64,000 nucleotides of DNA from Myxococcota bacterium. GTDB lineage: Bacteria > Myxococcota_A > UBA9042 > PHBI01 > JAWLBL01. Of this stretch, positions 21,483 through 30,800 are shown in pieces. Below the pieces are notes generated by a model, which did not search any database, was not told the origin of the DNA, and saw only the letters and a list, made by a program, of their open reading frames with translations. A program made the position numbers and the translations under genes. Position 1 is the stretch's first letter, and each line of letters begins with the position of its first letter. Location of the stretch: positions 130,676-194,675 of the forward strand of contig JAWLBL010000010.1 in the NCBI GenBank assembly GCA_041687695.1, given 5' to 3'.

Positions 21483-21634
21483 GGCGAAGCTCCCGTGAAG
21501 GTCACAGGGAGCTTGTGCGAGGACCGTGCCAAGTGGTCTGAGTGGCGCCGTTGCTGGCGCGGGCTGACGGGCGGGGCGTGGGGTGTGTCAGCAGGGACAC
21601 GGCGCGGGCCGTGTCAACGAGGACACGATCGCCG

Positions 21635-22450
21635 TCAGCGGCCGGTGAAGACCGGGTCGCGCTTGTCGAGCAGGGCCTGCATGCCCTCGCGCGCGTCCTC
21701 GGTGGCGACGGTGAAGGCCTGGGCGTAGGCCTCGTCGAGGGCGGCGGGGCGCGGGTCCCAGCCGACGTTCTTGAGGATGGACCGCTTCATCATGCGCACC
21801 GCGGCCGGGGCGTTGGCGGCGATCTCGCGGGCGAGGGACAGCGCCTCGTCGAGGACGGCCGGGCCGGCGACGGCGCGGTTGACCAACCCCATGGCCTCGG
21901 CCTCGGCGCCGCGGACGAGGCGGCCGGTGTAGAGCAGCTCGGAGGCGCGCGGCAGGCCGACGAGGCGCGGCAGGATGTAGGTGACGGCCATCCCGGGGTG
22001 CAGGCCGAGGCGCGCGAAGTTGGCGCCGTACTTGGCCTCGCGGTTGGCGACCCGGAGGTCGCAGACGAGGGCGAGGCCGAAGCCGCCGCCGACCGCGTGG
22101 CCGTTCAGGGCGCCGATGACCGGGACCTCGATGTCCAACACGGCCAGGAAGGGCTGGTACATCGCGAAGGACTTCTCGTGGGGCATCAGCGGACGCCCGG
22201 TGTCCTCGCGCTGGATCTGCGAGCGGAAGTCGGCGCCGGCGCTGAAGCAGCTGCCGCGTCCGGTGATGACCACGCAGCGGGCCTCGGCGTCGGCGCGCGC
22301 CTCACGGGCGGCGCGGTGGAACGCGTCGAGCAGCTCGGGGGTCATGCTGTTGCGGCCGTCGGGCCGGTTGAGCGTGATGAGGCCGATGTGGCGCAGCTCG
22401 GTGTCCGGGGAGCCATCGGCGGGGGTGTAGAAGACGGCCTCGTCACGCAT
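21635..22450 (-). CDS. Enoyl-CoA hydratase/isomerase (crotonase) family
   Basis: ITLNRPD..N, FSAGADF, PVIGALNGHAVGGGFGLALVCDLR, EDAREGMQALLDKRDPVFTGR. Confidence 0.93.
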   Translation of the reverse strand: MRDEAVFYTPADGSPDTELRHIGLITLNRPDGRNSMTPELLDAFHRAAREARADAEARCVVITGRGSCFSAGADFRSQIQREDTGRPLMPHEKSFAMYQPFLAVLDIEVPVIGALNGHAVGGGFGLALVCDLRVANREAKYGANFARLGLHPGMAVTYILPRLVGLPRASELLYTGRLVRGAEAEAMGLVNRAVAGPAVLDEALSLAREIAANAPAAVRMMKRSILKNVGWDPRPAALDEAYAQAFTVATEDAREGMQALLDKRDPVFTGR

Positions 22451-22490
22451 GCAAGGAACCTTTCGGGTCGGTCGGGCGGTCAGGGAACGG

Positions 22491-23570
22491 TCAGAACTCG
22501 CGATCGCGGGCGGCGCGGATCTCCTCGACGATGCCCTCGATGTGCACGAGGCCGCTGACGCCGCCGACGTCGTCGACGACGACCGCGGCGCGGCTGCGCT
22601 CCTTGCCCATGCGGGTCAGCAGCTCCTTGAGCGGGACGTCGGGGGCGATGGAGACGACGTTGCGGTCGATGAGCTCGTGCAGCGTGGGCGGCGCGGGCGG
22701 CGCGGCCTCGGAGGCCGGCGGGGCCTGGCCGGCGCGGGCGGCGGCGAGGAGGGGCTCTCGGTGGACGACGCCCAGGGCGCGGTCGCCGAAGGTGACGAGG
22801 AGGGCGCGCAGCTCGGGGCGGTCCTCGAGGGTGGCGGCGGCGGCATCGAGGGAGCTGGCGGCGCCGAGGATCTGCCCGAGGGGCTGCATGACGTCGCGGA
22901 CGGTGCGGCTGCCGATGATGTCCTGGATGATGACGTTGCGCTCCTCGGCGCTGGCGGCGATGAGGACGAAGGCGCCGATGAAGCCGAGCAGGACGTCCTC
23001 GTAGACGAAGGCGAGGACGACGAAGCCGATGGCGAAGAAGCGGCCGATGCGGGCGGCGGCGCGGGTGGCGCGGACGCGGCCCATCCAGTGGGTGAGGCCG
23101 GCGCGCAGGGCGCGGCCGCCGTCGAGCGGGAAGGCCGGGATGAGGTTGAACAGGCCCAGGATGAGGTTGAGCCAGGCGATCCAGACGAAGAGGGTGCCCT
23201 CGGTGACGAGGGTGAGGGCCCAGGAGACGGCGGCGAGGGCCAGGCTGACGGCGGGGCCGGCGAGGGAGATGGCGAGGTCGTGGGAGGGGCGCTTGGGCTC
23301 CTCGGCGAGCATGGCGGCGCCGCCGATGGGGAGCAGGACGATCTCGCGGGTGCGGACGCCGAAGCGGCGGGCGGTGAGGGCGTGGCCGAGCTCGTGCAGC
23401 AGGACCGAGCCGAAGATGAGCGCGGCGACGACGATGACGCCGACGAAGCCGGACAGGCCGCGCCCGTCGCTGGCGACCCACAGGCCGATCATCGCCAGCA
23501 GGATGATGAGCGTGAGGTGGATGCGGACGGGGATGCCGAAGAGGCGCCCGATGGGCAGGGACCAGGTCAT
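22491..23570 (-). CDS. Site-2 protease (M50, SpoIVFB-like) with CBS pair
   Basis: SVLLHELGH, AGPAVS, FNLIPAFPLDGGR; C-terminal VRDVM and CBS-type repeats. Confidence 0.93.
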   Translation of the reverse strand: MTWSLPIGRLFGIPVRIHLTLIILLAMIGLWVASDGRGLSGFVGVIVVAALIFGSVLLHELGHALTARRFGVRTREIVLLPIGGAAMLAEEPKRPSHDLAISLAGPAVSLALAAVSWALTLVTEGTLFVWIAWLNLILGLFNLIPAFPLDGGRALRAGLTHWMGRVRATRAAARIGRFFAIGFVVLAFVYEDVLLGFIGAFVLIAASAEERNVIIQDIIGSRTVRDVMQPLGQILGAASSLDAAAATLEDRPELRALLVTFGDRALGVVHREPLLAAARAGQAPPASEAAPPAPPTLHELIDRNVVSIAPDVPLKELLTRMGKERSRAAVVVDDVGGVSGLVHIEGIVEEIRAARDREF

Positions 23571-23720
23571 GGGGTGTCCTCAGGGTCGGCGGGAAGGGGG
23601 CATGAGGTCAAACACGAAGCGCCCGGGTCCGCATTTCGGCGGGTCGGCGCGGTCGGACGGGGAGGGCGGGCGCGCCTCGCTGTTGACGCGCCGGGCTCCG
23701 CGGTGCGAGAAGCCGGGCCC

Positions 23721-24860
23721 ATGAGCTCGGGCCGCCGGATCGATCGGGATGTCGAGGGCGCGTCGCCGCGCGGACCGTGGGCGGACGTGCCCGACGCGCT
23801 CTGGACCGACTGGCGCTGGCAGCAGCAGCACCGCGTGCGTACCCTGGCCGACCTCGAGCGCGTCATCCGGGTGACCGACGCCGAGCGCGCGGCCTTCGAG
23901 GCGACCGCCGGCCGCTTCAACGTGGCCATCACGCCCTACTACGCCGCGCTGATGGCCGCCGACGACCCGCGCTGCCCGGTGCGCCTGCAGGCCGTCCCGC
24001 AGCCCGAGGAGCTGGTCGTCGCCGAGACCGATCTGGCCGACCCGCTGGGCGAGGAGCGCTTCATGCCGGTCCCCGGCGTGACGCACCGCTACCCCGACCG
24101 GGTGCTCTTCTACGTCACCCACCACTGCCCGGTGTACTGCCGCCACTGCACGCGCAAGCGCAAGGTCGCCGACCCCACCTCGGCCGCCTCGCACGCGCAG
24201 CTCGAGCAGGGCCTGTCCTACATCCGCGCCCACGACGAGATCCGCGACGTCCTGGTCTCGGGCGGCGACCCGCTGACCTTCTCGGACGACCGCCTCGACG
24301 CCCTGCTGGCCGCCCTGCGCGACATCCCGCACGTCGAGGTCATCCGCCTGTGCACGCGCAACCCGGTCACCCTGCCGTTCCGCTTCACGCCCGAGCTCGT
24401 CGCGCGCCTGCGCCGCCACCAGCCCCTGTTCGTGCACACGCACTTCAACCACCCGCGCGAGTGCACGCCCGAGGCCGCCCGCTGCCTGCGCGCCCTGGCC
24501 GACGCCGGCCTGAACGTCGCCAACCAGATGGTCCTGCTGCGCGGCGTCAACGACGACGCCGACCTCGTCCGCCAGACCAACCACTGGCTGCTGCGCCAGC
24601 GCTGCCGGCCCTACTACCTGTTCCAGGCCGATCTGGCCGAGGGCATCAGCCACTTCCGCACGCCCATCGACGTCGGCCTCGACATCATCCGCGCCCTGCG
24701 CGGCCACACCTCGGGCATGGCCGTGCCGCACTTCGTCATCGACGCCCCCGGCGGCGGCGGCAAGATCCCGCTGGTCCCCGAGTACGTGCTGTCCCGGGAC
24801 GACCGGCGCCTGACCTTCCGCAACTACCTGGGCGAGGTCTACGAGTACCCGGTCGAGTGA
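23721..24860 (+). CDS. kamA: KamA-family radical SAM enzyme (lysine 2,3-aminomutase-like)
   Basis: WTDWRWQ, ITPYY, THRYPDRVL, CPVYCRHCTRKR (CxxxCxxC), SGGDPL, HFNHP, DAPGGGGKIP (PLP Lys). Confidence 0.9.
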   Translation: MSSGRRIDRDVEGASPRGPWADVPDALWTDWRWQQQHRVRTLADLERVIRVTDAERAAFEATAGRFNVAITPYYAALMAADDPRCPVRLQAVPQPEELVVAETDLADPLGEERFMPVPGVTHRYPDRVLFYVTHHCPVYCRHCTRKRKVADPTSAASHAQLEQGLSYIRAHDEIRDVLVSGGDPLTFSDDRLDALLAALRDIPHVEVIRLCTRNPVTLPFRFTPELVARLRRHQPLFVHTHFNHPRECTPEAARCLRALADAGLNVANQMVLLRGVNDDADLVRQTNHWLLRQRCRPYYLFQADLAEGISHFRTPIDVGLDIIRALRGHTSGMAVPHFVIDAPGGGGKIPLVPEYVLSRDDRRLTFRNYLGEVYEYPVE

Positions 24861-24864
24861 CCCC

Positions 24865-26964
24865 TCAGGTGCCCGGGGGCTGGCCCCACCCGCGCGGGTT
24901 CTTGACGGTCCGGTACTTGGTCACGTGGAAGCGGGCGTCGTTGAGGAACTTGCGCAGCGGGCGCTTGCCGCGGTCCGACGGGTGCCACTGGTGCAGCATC
25001 GCCGTGCGGTCGTGCACCCAGCGCACCTCGAGCCCGGCCCGCTTCGCGCGAAAGAGCATGTCGTTGTCCTCCATGCCCCAGAACACGTACCTCTCGTCGT
25101 AGCCCTGCACGCGCTCGAAGTGGTCGCGGCGGGCCATCTGGCAGGCCCCGGTCCCCAGGGTCGGCCGCCAGGACGAGCGCGCGAGCAGCGTCGGCCAGTC
25201 CTCGCGCGTCCAGGCCTGCTCGGGCACGTCCTCGGGCAGATCGCGGCAGCGGCAGACGACCATGGCGCGGCCGCCCGCCATCGCCTGCTCGGCGAGCAGG
25301 GACGACAGGAAGTCGGGCGCGAAGATCATGTCGGCGTCGGTGCACAGCACGAACTCGCCGCGCGCCTGGCGGATGGCGAGGTTCAGCGCGTGCGAGCGGT
25401 TCCAGACGGTGTCGACGTCGGTCGAGACGACGCGGGCGCCGTGCTCGGCGGCGAGGGCCGCGAGGGACGCAGCGTGCTCGGGGGCGCTGCCGTAGTCGCT
25501 GATCAGGACCTCGTAGCGGTCGCTGGGGAGGTCCTGCCAGCGCAGCGAGCGCAGGCAGTTGGCGACGCGGTCGCCCGAGCGGTTGCGGATGGGGATGACG
25601 ACCGACAGGGCCGGACGCGCGGGCGCGGCCTCGGGCGCAGGGCGAGCCGTCCGCGAGCGTTCCGGGCGAGCCTCGGCGGCCAGCGTGTCGAGCAGCTCGG
25701 CCAGCTGGCGCGCGGTGTTGCGGGCCGAGTAGCGATCGACGGCCTCGGGGTCCGGCGTGGTCACGGGCAGCCCCGAGGCGCGGGCGGCGACCACGCGCGC
25801 GACGGCGTCGACCGCGGCCTCGAGGTCGTCGGGGCCGACCGAGAGGCCGGCCTTCGTGTCGGCGATGATGCCGGTCAGCTCGGACGGCTGGCTGACGCAC
25901 AGGATGGGCGCGCCGGTCAGCAGGTAGTCGTAGAGCTTGGCGGGCAGGTACAGGGTCTCGTCGCCGTAGGCGAGCAGGATCTGCGCGTCGGCGGCGGCCA
26001 GGATGGACAGGCCCTCGTCGTAGGGCACGAAGGGCCGTGACTCGAGCTGGTCCGACACGCCCAGGGAGCTGGCGAGGTGGAGGTCCTCCTCGGCGGGGCG
26101 GCCGAGGTTGAGCAGGCGCAGGCGGTCGGGGCCGAGCCCGTCGCGGCCGCGCAGGACGGCGAGCGCGCGCAGGAGGGTCGCGAGGCGGCGCGGGCCGTAG
26201 CAGTTGCCGAAGTGGACCAGGGTGACCGGGCCGTCGGGCGGGGCCGAGGGGCGGGCGGGGCGCTGGGCGGGGTCGAAGGCGTTGGTGATGCTGAGGAAGT
26301 GCTCGGGGCCCAGCTCGGGGTAGCGGGCGCGATAGGCGTCGGCGGCGCTCTCGCAGGTCAGGGTCACGCGGTCGGCCTGCTGGAAGAGCCACCGCTCGAG
26401 GCGGGCCTCGACCTGGCGCACCCACGAGGGCTTGCGCGCCTGGAAGAAGTTGAGGGTCCAGGGGTCGCGCAGATCGAGGCAGAGCGGGACGCCGGCGGCG
26501 GCGCGGGCCATGGCGCCGTACAGGAGCGCCGAGTAGGGGCTGGAGCTGGCGACGATGGCGTCGGGGCGCTCGGCCGCGACGAGCTGGCGCACGGTCATCG
26601 CCATGTGCGGCGTCGTCAGCAGGTCGTCGCCGACGGGCATGCGGACCTGGCGCTCGAGCCAGCCCAGCGGGCCGGCGGCGCGCTTGGGGAGCGCGGCGCG
26701 CGTGGGCGCGGCGACGGTGCCGTCGGAGTCCTTGCCGGCGGCCTGGGGCCACCAGCCCGGGTAGTAGGTCCGGTGGAGGGTCACCTCGGGCGGCAGCCCG
26801 GCGCCCGCGGTGGGGTCGAGCTTGGCGTCCGGCGGGATGGGCGCGGTGACGACGACCGGGCGCCAGCCGAACTCGGGCAGGTAGCGGGCGAAGCGGTAGG
26901 CGCGCTTGCCGCCGACGGCGAAGCTCGGCGGGAAGAAGCGCGAGAAGTACAGGACCGTGCGCAA
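24865..26964 (-). CDS. Fused GT4 (GT-B) + GT2 (GT-A) glycosyltransferase
   Basis: TTG start LRTVLYFSRFFPP; GT4 motifs DLRDPW, ITNAFD, PAKLYDYL; then LSVVIPIRN, DYGS, NRSHALN, TDADMIF, GYDERYVFWGMED, HQWH; no internal stop. Confidence 0.88.
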   Translation of the reverse strand: MRTVLYFSRFFPPSFAVGGKRAYRFARYLPEFGWRPVVVTAPIPPDAKLDPTAGAGLPPEVTLHRTYYPGWWPQAAGKDSDGTVAAPTRAALPKRAAGPLGWLERQVRMPVGDDLLTTPHMAMTVRQLVAAERPDAIVASSSPYSALLYGAMARAAAGVPLCLDLRDPWTLNFFQARKPSWVRQVEARLERWLFQQADRVTLTCESAADAYRARYPELGPEHFLSITNAFDPAQRPARPSAPPDGPVTLVHFGNCYGPRRLATLLRALAVLRGRDGLGPDRLRLLNLGRPAEEDLHLASSLGVSDQLESRPFVPYDEGLSILAAADAQILLAYGDETLYLPAKLYDYLLTGAPILCVSQPSELTGIIADTKAGLSVGPDDLEAAVDAVARVVAARASGLPVTTPDPEAVDRYSARNTARQLAELLDTLAAEARPERSRTARPAPEAAPARPALSVVIPIRNRSGDRVANCLRSLRWQDLPSDRYEVLISDYGSAPEHAASLAALAAEHGARVVSTDVDTVWNRSHALNLAIRQARGEFVLCTDADMIFAPDFLSSLLAEQAMAGGRAMVVCRCRDLPEDVPEQAWTREDWPTLLARSSWRPTLGTGACQMARRDHFERVQGYDERYVFWGMEDNDMLFRAKRAGLEVRWVHDRTAMLHQWHPSDRGKRPLRKFLNDARFHVTKYRTVKNPRGWGQPPGT

Positions 26965-26998
26965 CCGGGGGCTCCTGGGCGAGGCGGCGCGCGCCGCC

Positions 26999-27574
26999 TC
27001 AGTGGATGGCGCAGCGAATGGGGCCGTCGTCGACGAGGGCGGCCTCGAGCGCGTCGAGCTCGGACAGGCGCGCGTCGACGGCCTCGCGGTCGGGGCCCAG
27101 CTCGCGGGCCAGCTTGAGGAAGAGGTGGCCGTGGTTGGCCTCGGAGCGGGCGAAGCGGCGGAACATCTCGGCCAGCTCCGGATCGGGGTGGTGCTCGCCG
27201 AGCAGGCGCAGGCGCTCGCAGCTGCGGGCCTCGATGAGGGCGCTGACGAGCAGGCGATCGATGAGCGCGTCGGGGTTGCCGGGGCGGACCTGCGCGATGA
27301 GCGCGCGGGCGTAGGGGTCGCCGCGGTCGGGGCCCAGGCGCACGCCGCGCGCGACGAGCCGCGCGTGGACCTCGGCGAAGTGGCCCAGCTCCTCTTGCGC
27401 CAGCTCGGCCATGGCGGCGACCAGGCCGCTCGCCTCGGGGTGGCGCTGGATGAGCGCCAGGGCCGAGGCGGCCGCCTTCTTCTCGCAGTGGGCGTGATCC
27501 TGGAGCAGCGTGTCCGTGTCCGAGAGGGCACAGGCGAGCCAGGCCTCGTCGCGGACGCTCCGTCGGGCTCTCAT
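26999..27574 (-). CDS. miaE: tRNA-(ms2io6A37) hydroxylase MiaE
   Basis: DHAHCEKKAA, LAQEELGHF, DRLLVSALIEARSCERL, SEANH, C-terminal AIH (diiron ligands). Confidence 0.92.
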   Translation of the reverse strand: MRARRSVRDEAWLACALSDTDTLLQDHAHCEKKAAASALALIQRHPEASGLVAAMAELAQEELGHFAEVHARLVARGVRLGPDRGDPYARALIAQVRPGNPDALIDRLLVSALIEARSCERLRLLGEHHPDPELAEMFRRFARSEANHGHLFLKLARELGPDREAVDARLSELDALEAALVDDGPIRCAIH

Positions 27575-27828
27575 GCGCGGGACGGTGACACAGAACCCTG
27601 CGTGGCTTCAAGGAGATCGGTGGGCGGAGGCGCGAGGGCGCGGACGCCGCCCCGGACGGGGCCCCGGCGGTGACAGGCCCTGACAGCCGCCGGCCCCAGC
27701 GGGGACGGACGGGCGTGCGCGGCCGCGTGACAACCGCTGGCGTCACAAGGTGTTCGGCGGCTCTGGCGCGCCGCCACGTCGCTTGGTACGTTGCAGCCGT
27801 CTTCGGGGAGACCGCAGGAGGTCCGCGT

Positions 27829-30800
27829 ATGTGTGTGAAGCGTCTCGGCCCGTCCGCGCTGGCGGCCGTCCTGCTCGTCGGGTGCATCGACGGGGGCCGG
27901 CTGACGGTGGACCTGCCCGACACGTACCTCGGCGAGTACGACATCAAGCTCCCCGAGGTCGAAGACGCCGACGCCGAAGGCGACGGAGCGGGCGACGTCG
28001 AGGCGGACGCCCCCGCCGACGCGGCCGACGTCAGCGACGCGACGGACGCCGCCGAGGCCGAGGTCACGCCGGACACCTGCCAGCCCGGCGAGCCGGGGTG
28101 CGACGCGTGCGGCGTCGACGCCGACTGCGCGCCCCTCGACGACGGCGACCTGTGCAACGGGCGCTGGGTCTGTCAGGGCGGGCAGTGCGTCCAGGACACC
28201 ACGAAGGTCACCTGCGGGGCCCCGCCGAGCCCGGTGGGTTCGTGCGAGGTCTTCGCCTGCGTCCCGTCGACCGGCGAGTGCGCGGTCGTGGCGCGCCCCA
28301 ACGGCGTCGCCTGCAACGACGGCGACCCGTGCACACCCGGCGACCACTGCGCCGGGGGGCAGTGCGTCTCGGGCCCGCGCATCTACTGCGACGACGGCGA
28401 CCCCTGCACGACCGACTCGTGCAAGGGGGGCGCCTGCCAGTACACGGTCAAGGCCGGCGCCGCCTGCGACGACGGCAACGTCTGCACCACCGACGACGCG
28501 TGCAACAGCGCCGGGCAGTGCCGCGGGCTGTTGTCCCAGTGCGGGTGCAGCGCCGACGCCGACTGCGCACAGTTCGACGACGGCAACCCCTGCACGGGCC
28601 AGGTCAAGTGCGTGACGGGCGAGTGCCGCGTGGATCTGGCCACGATCCCGCTGTGCGCCGGCAAGGCCGAGTCGGGCTGCCACGTCGCCCTGTGCAACCC
28701 GGCGACCGGCGCCTGCGAGAGCGAGCCCGTGGCCGACGGCGCGGGCTGCAACGACGGCGACCCGTGCACCGTCGCGGACGCGTGCACCGGCGGCGTGTGC
28801 GCGGGCGTCGCGCTGCCTTGCGACGGCGGGCCCTGCGTCGACGCGGCGTGCGACCCGGCGTCGGGCGCCTGCGTCGCCGCCCCGAACGACCTCGGCGGCT
28901 GCGAGTGCCAGGCCGACGCGGACTGCGCGGCCCTCGACGACGGCGACGCCTGCAACGGGACCCTCGTCTGCCTCGCCGGGCGCTGCACGGTGGACGTGGG
29001 GTCGGTCGTGCGGTGTCCGGCCTCTGGGCCGTGCGTCACCGTGGCGTGCGATCCCGGGTCCGGCGAGTGCGTGATCGACCAGGCCTCCGACGGAGCCGCG
29101 TGCGACGACGGGGACCCGTGCACGACCGGTGACGCCTGCGCCGACGGCGAATGCGTGGGCGCGGCGGCGACCTGCGCGGCCGGCGACGCCTGCAACGCCA
29201 GCGTGTGCCATCCCTTCGCCGGTTGCCGGACCCACACCCTGGGCGGGGCCTGCGACGACGGCGACGCCTGCTCGCAGGACGGCTGCCTGGCGGGGGCGTG
29301 CGCGACCGGGATGGTCAAGGCGTGCCCGGACGTCGGCCAGTGCCAGCTGGGGGTGTGCGACACCCTGACCGGCGCGTGCGGGACCGTGGCCAACGAGGGC
29401 GCCTGCGACGACGGCAACGCCTGCACGGTGAACGACGTGTGCACCGGCGGCACCTGCGTCGGCGAGCTTCGCTTCTGCGATGACGGCAACCCCTGCACGA
29501 CCGACAGCTGCGACCCGGCGACGGGCTGCGTGCACACGCCCAACGGGCACACCTGCGACGACGGCAATCCGTGCACCACCGGCGACGTGTGCTCGCAGGG
29601 CGTCTGCGCGGGCAGCGGTTCGTGCGAGTGCGACGCGGCCATCGACTGCGCCGCCTACGACGACGACGATCTCTGCAACGGCAACCTCACGTGTCAGGGC
29701 GGCAAGTGCGTCGTGGCGGCCGGCACCGTCGTCGAGTGCGACCCGACCGGCAACACGCCCTGCGCCGCCAACACCTGCCAGCCGGCCACGGGCGCGTGCG
29801 TGATGACCCCGCGCGGCCAGGGCGTCGCGTGCGACGACGGTGACGCGTGCACCTCGGGGGACGCGTGCTCGGGCGGCGCCTGCGTGGGCCTGCCGCGGGC
29901 GTGCGACGACGGCAACCCGTGCACGTTCGACAGCTGCGACCCGGCTTCGGGCTGCGTGCACACGCCTACGACGGGCGGGCCCTGCGAGGACGGCAACGCG
30001 TGCACGACGGACGCGACCTGCCAGGACGGCGTGTGTGGCGGCGGCACCAACGGCTGCGCGACCTGCGCGGTCGACGCCGACTGCGCGGCGCACGACGACG
30101 GCAACAAGTGCAACGGCGCGGTCCGCTGCCTGGGGGGCCAGTGCGTCGTCGACCCGGCCACGGTGGTGACCTGCGCGCCCGATGGGAACTTCTGTACCGA
30201 CCGCAAGTGCAACCCCGCGACGGGCGCCTGCGAGACGGTGGCCGTCAACGGCGGCCTCGCCTGCGAGGACGGCAACGGCTGCACGATCGGCGACAAGTGC
30301 GTGGGCGGCGGGTGCATCGGCCTCGCCCGCGACTGCGACGACGGGGTCGCCTGCACCAAGGACTCGTGCAGCGCGGCGACCGGCGCCTGCGTGCACGAGC
30401 CGCAGAACGTGACGTGCAGCGACGGCAACGCCTGCACGACGACGGACAGCTGCCAGGGCGGCGTGTGCGTCGGCGCCAACAACACGTGTGTGTGCGTGCA
30501 GGACTCGGACTGCGACGGCTACCCGCTCGACCGCTGCCAGGGCGAGTACGCTTGCGTCGCTGGCGGCTGCGTGCTGGTTCCGGGCACCGCGCCTTCCTGC
30601 GGGACCGAGCAGGACTCGCCGTGCAGCTATCAAGGGTGCGACCCGGCGACCGGCCAGTGCACGGTCATCGATCTCTCGACGGGCGCCGAGTGCGACGACG
30701 GCGACGCCTGCACCGTCACCGACCGCTGCGGGGCCGACAAGGTCTGCGGCGGCGCGGCGCGGGTGTGCGACGACGGCAACCCCTGCACGGTCGACACCTG

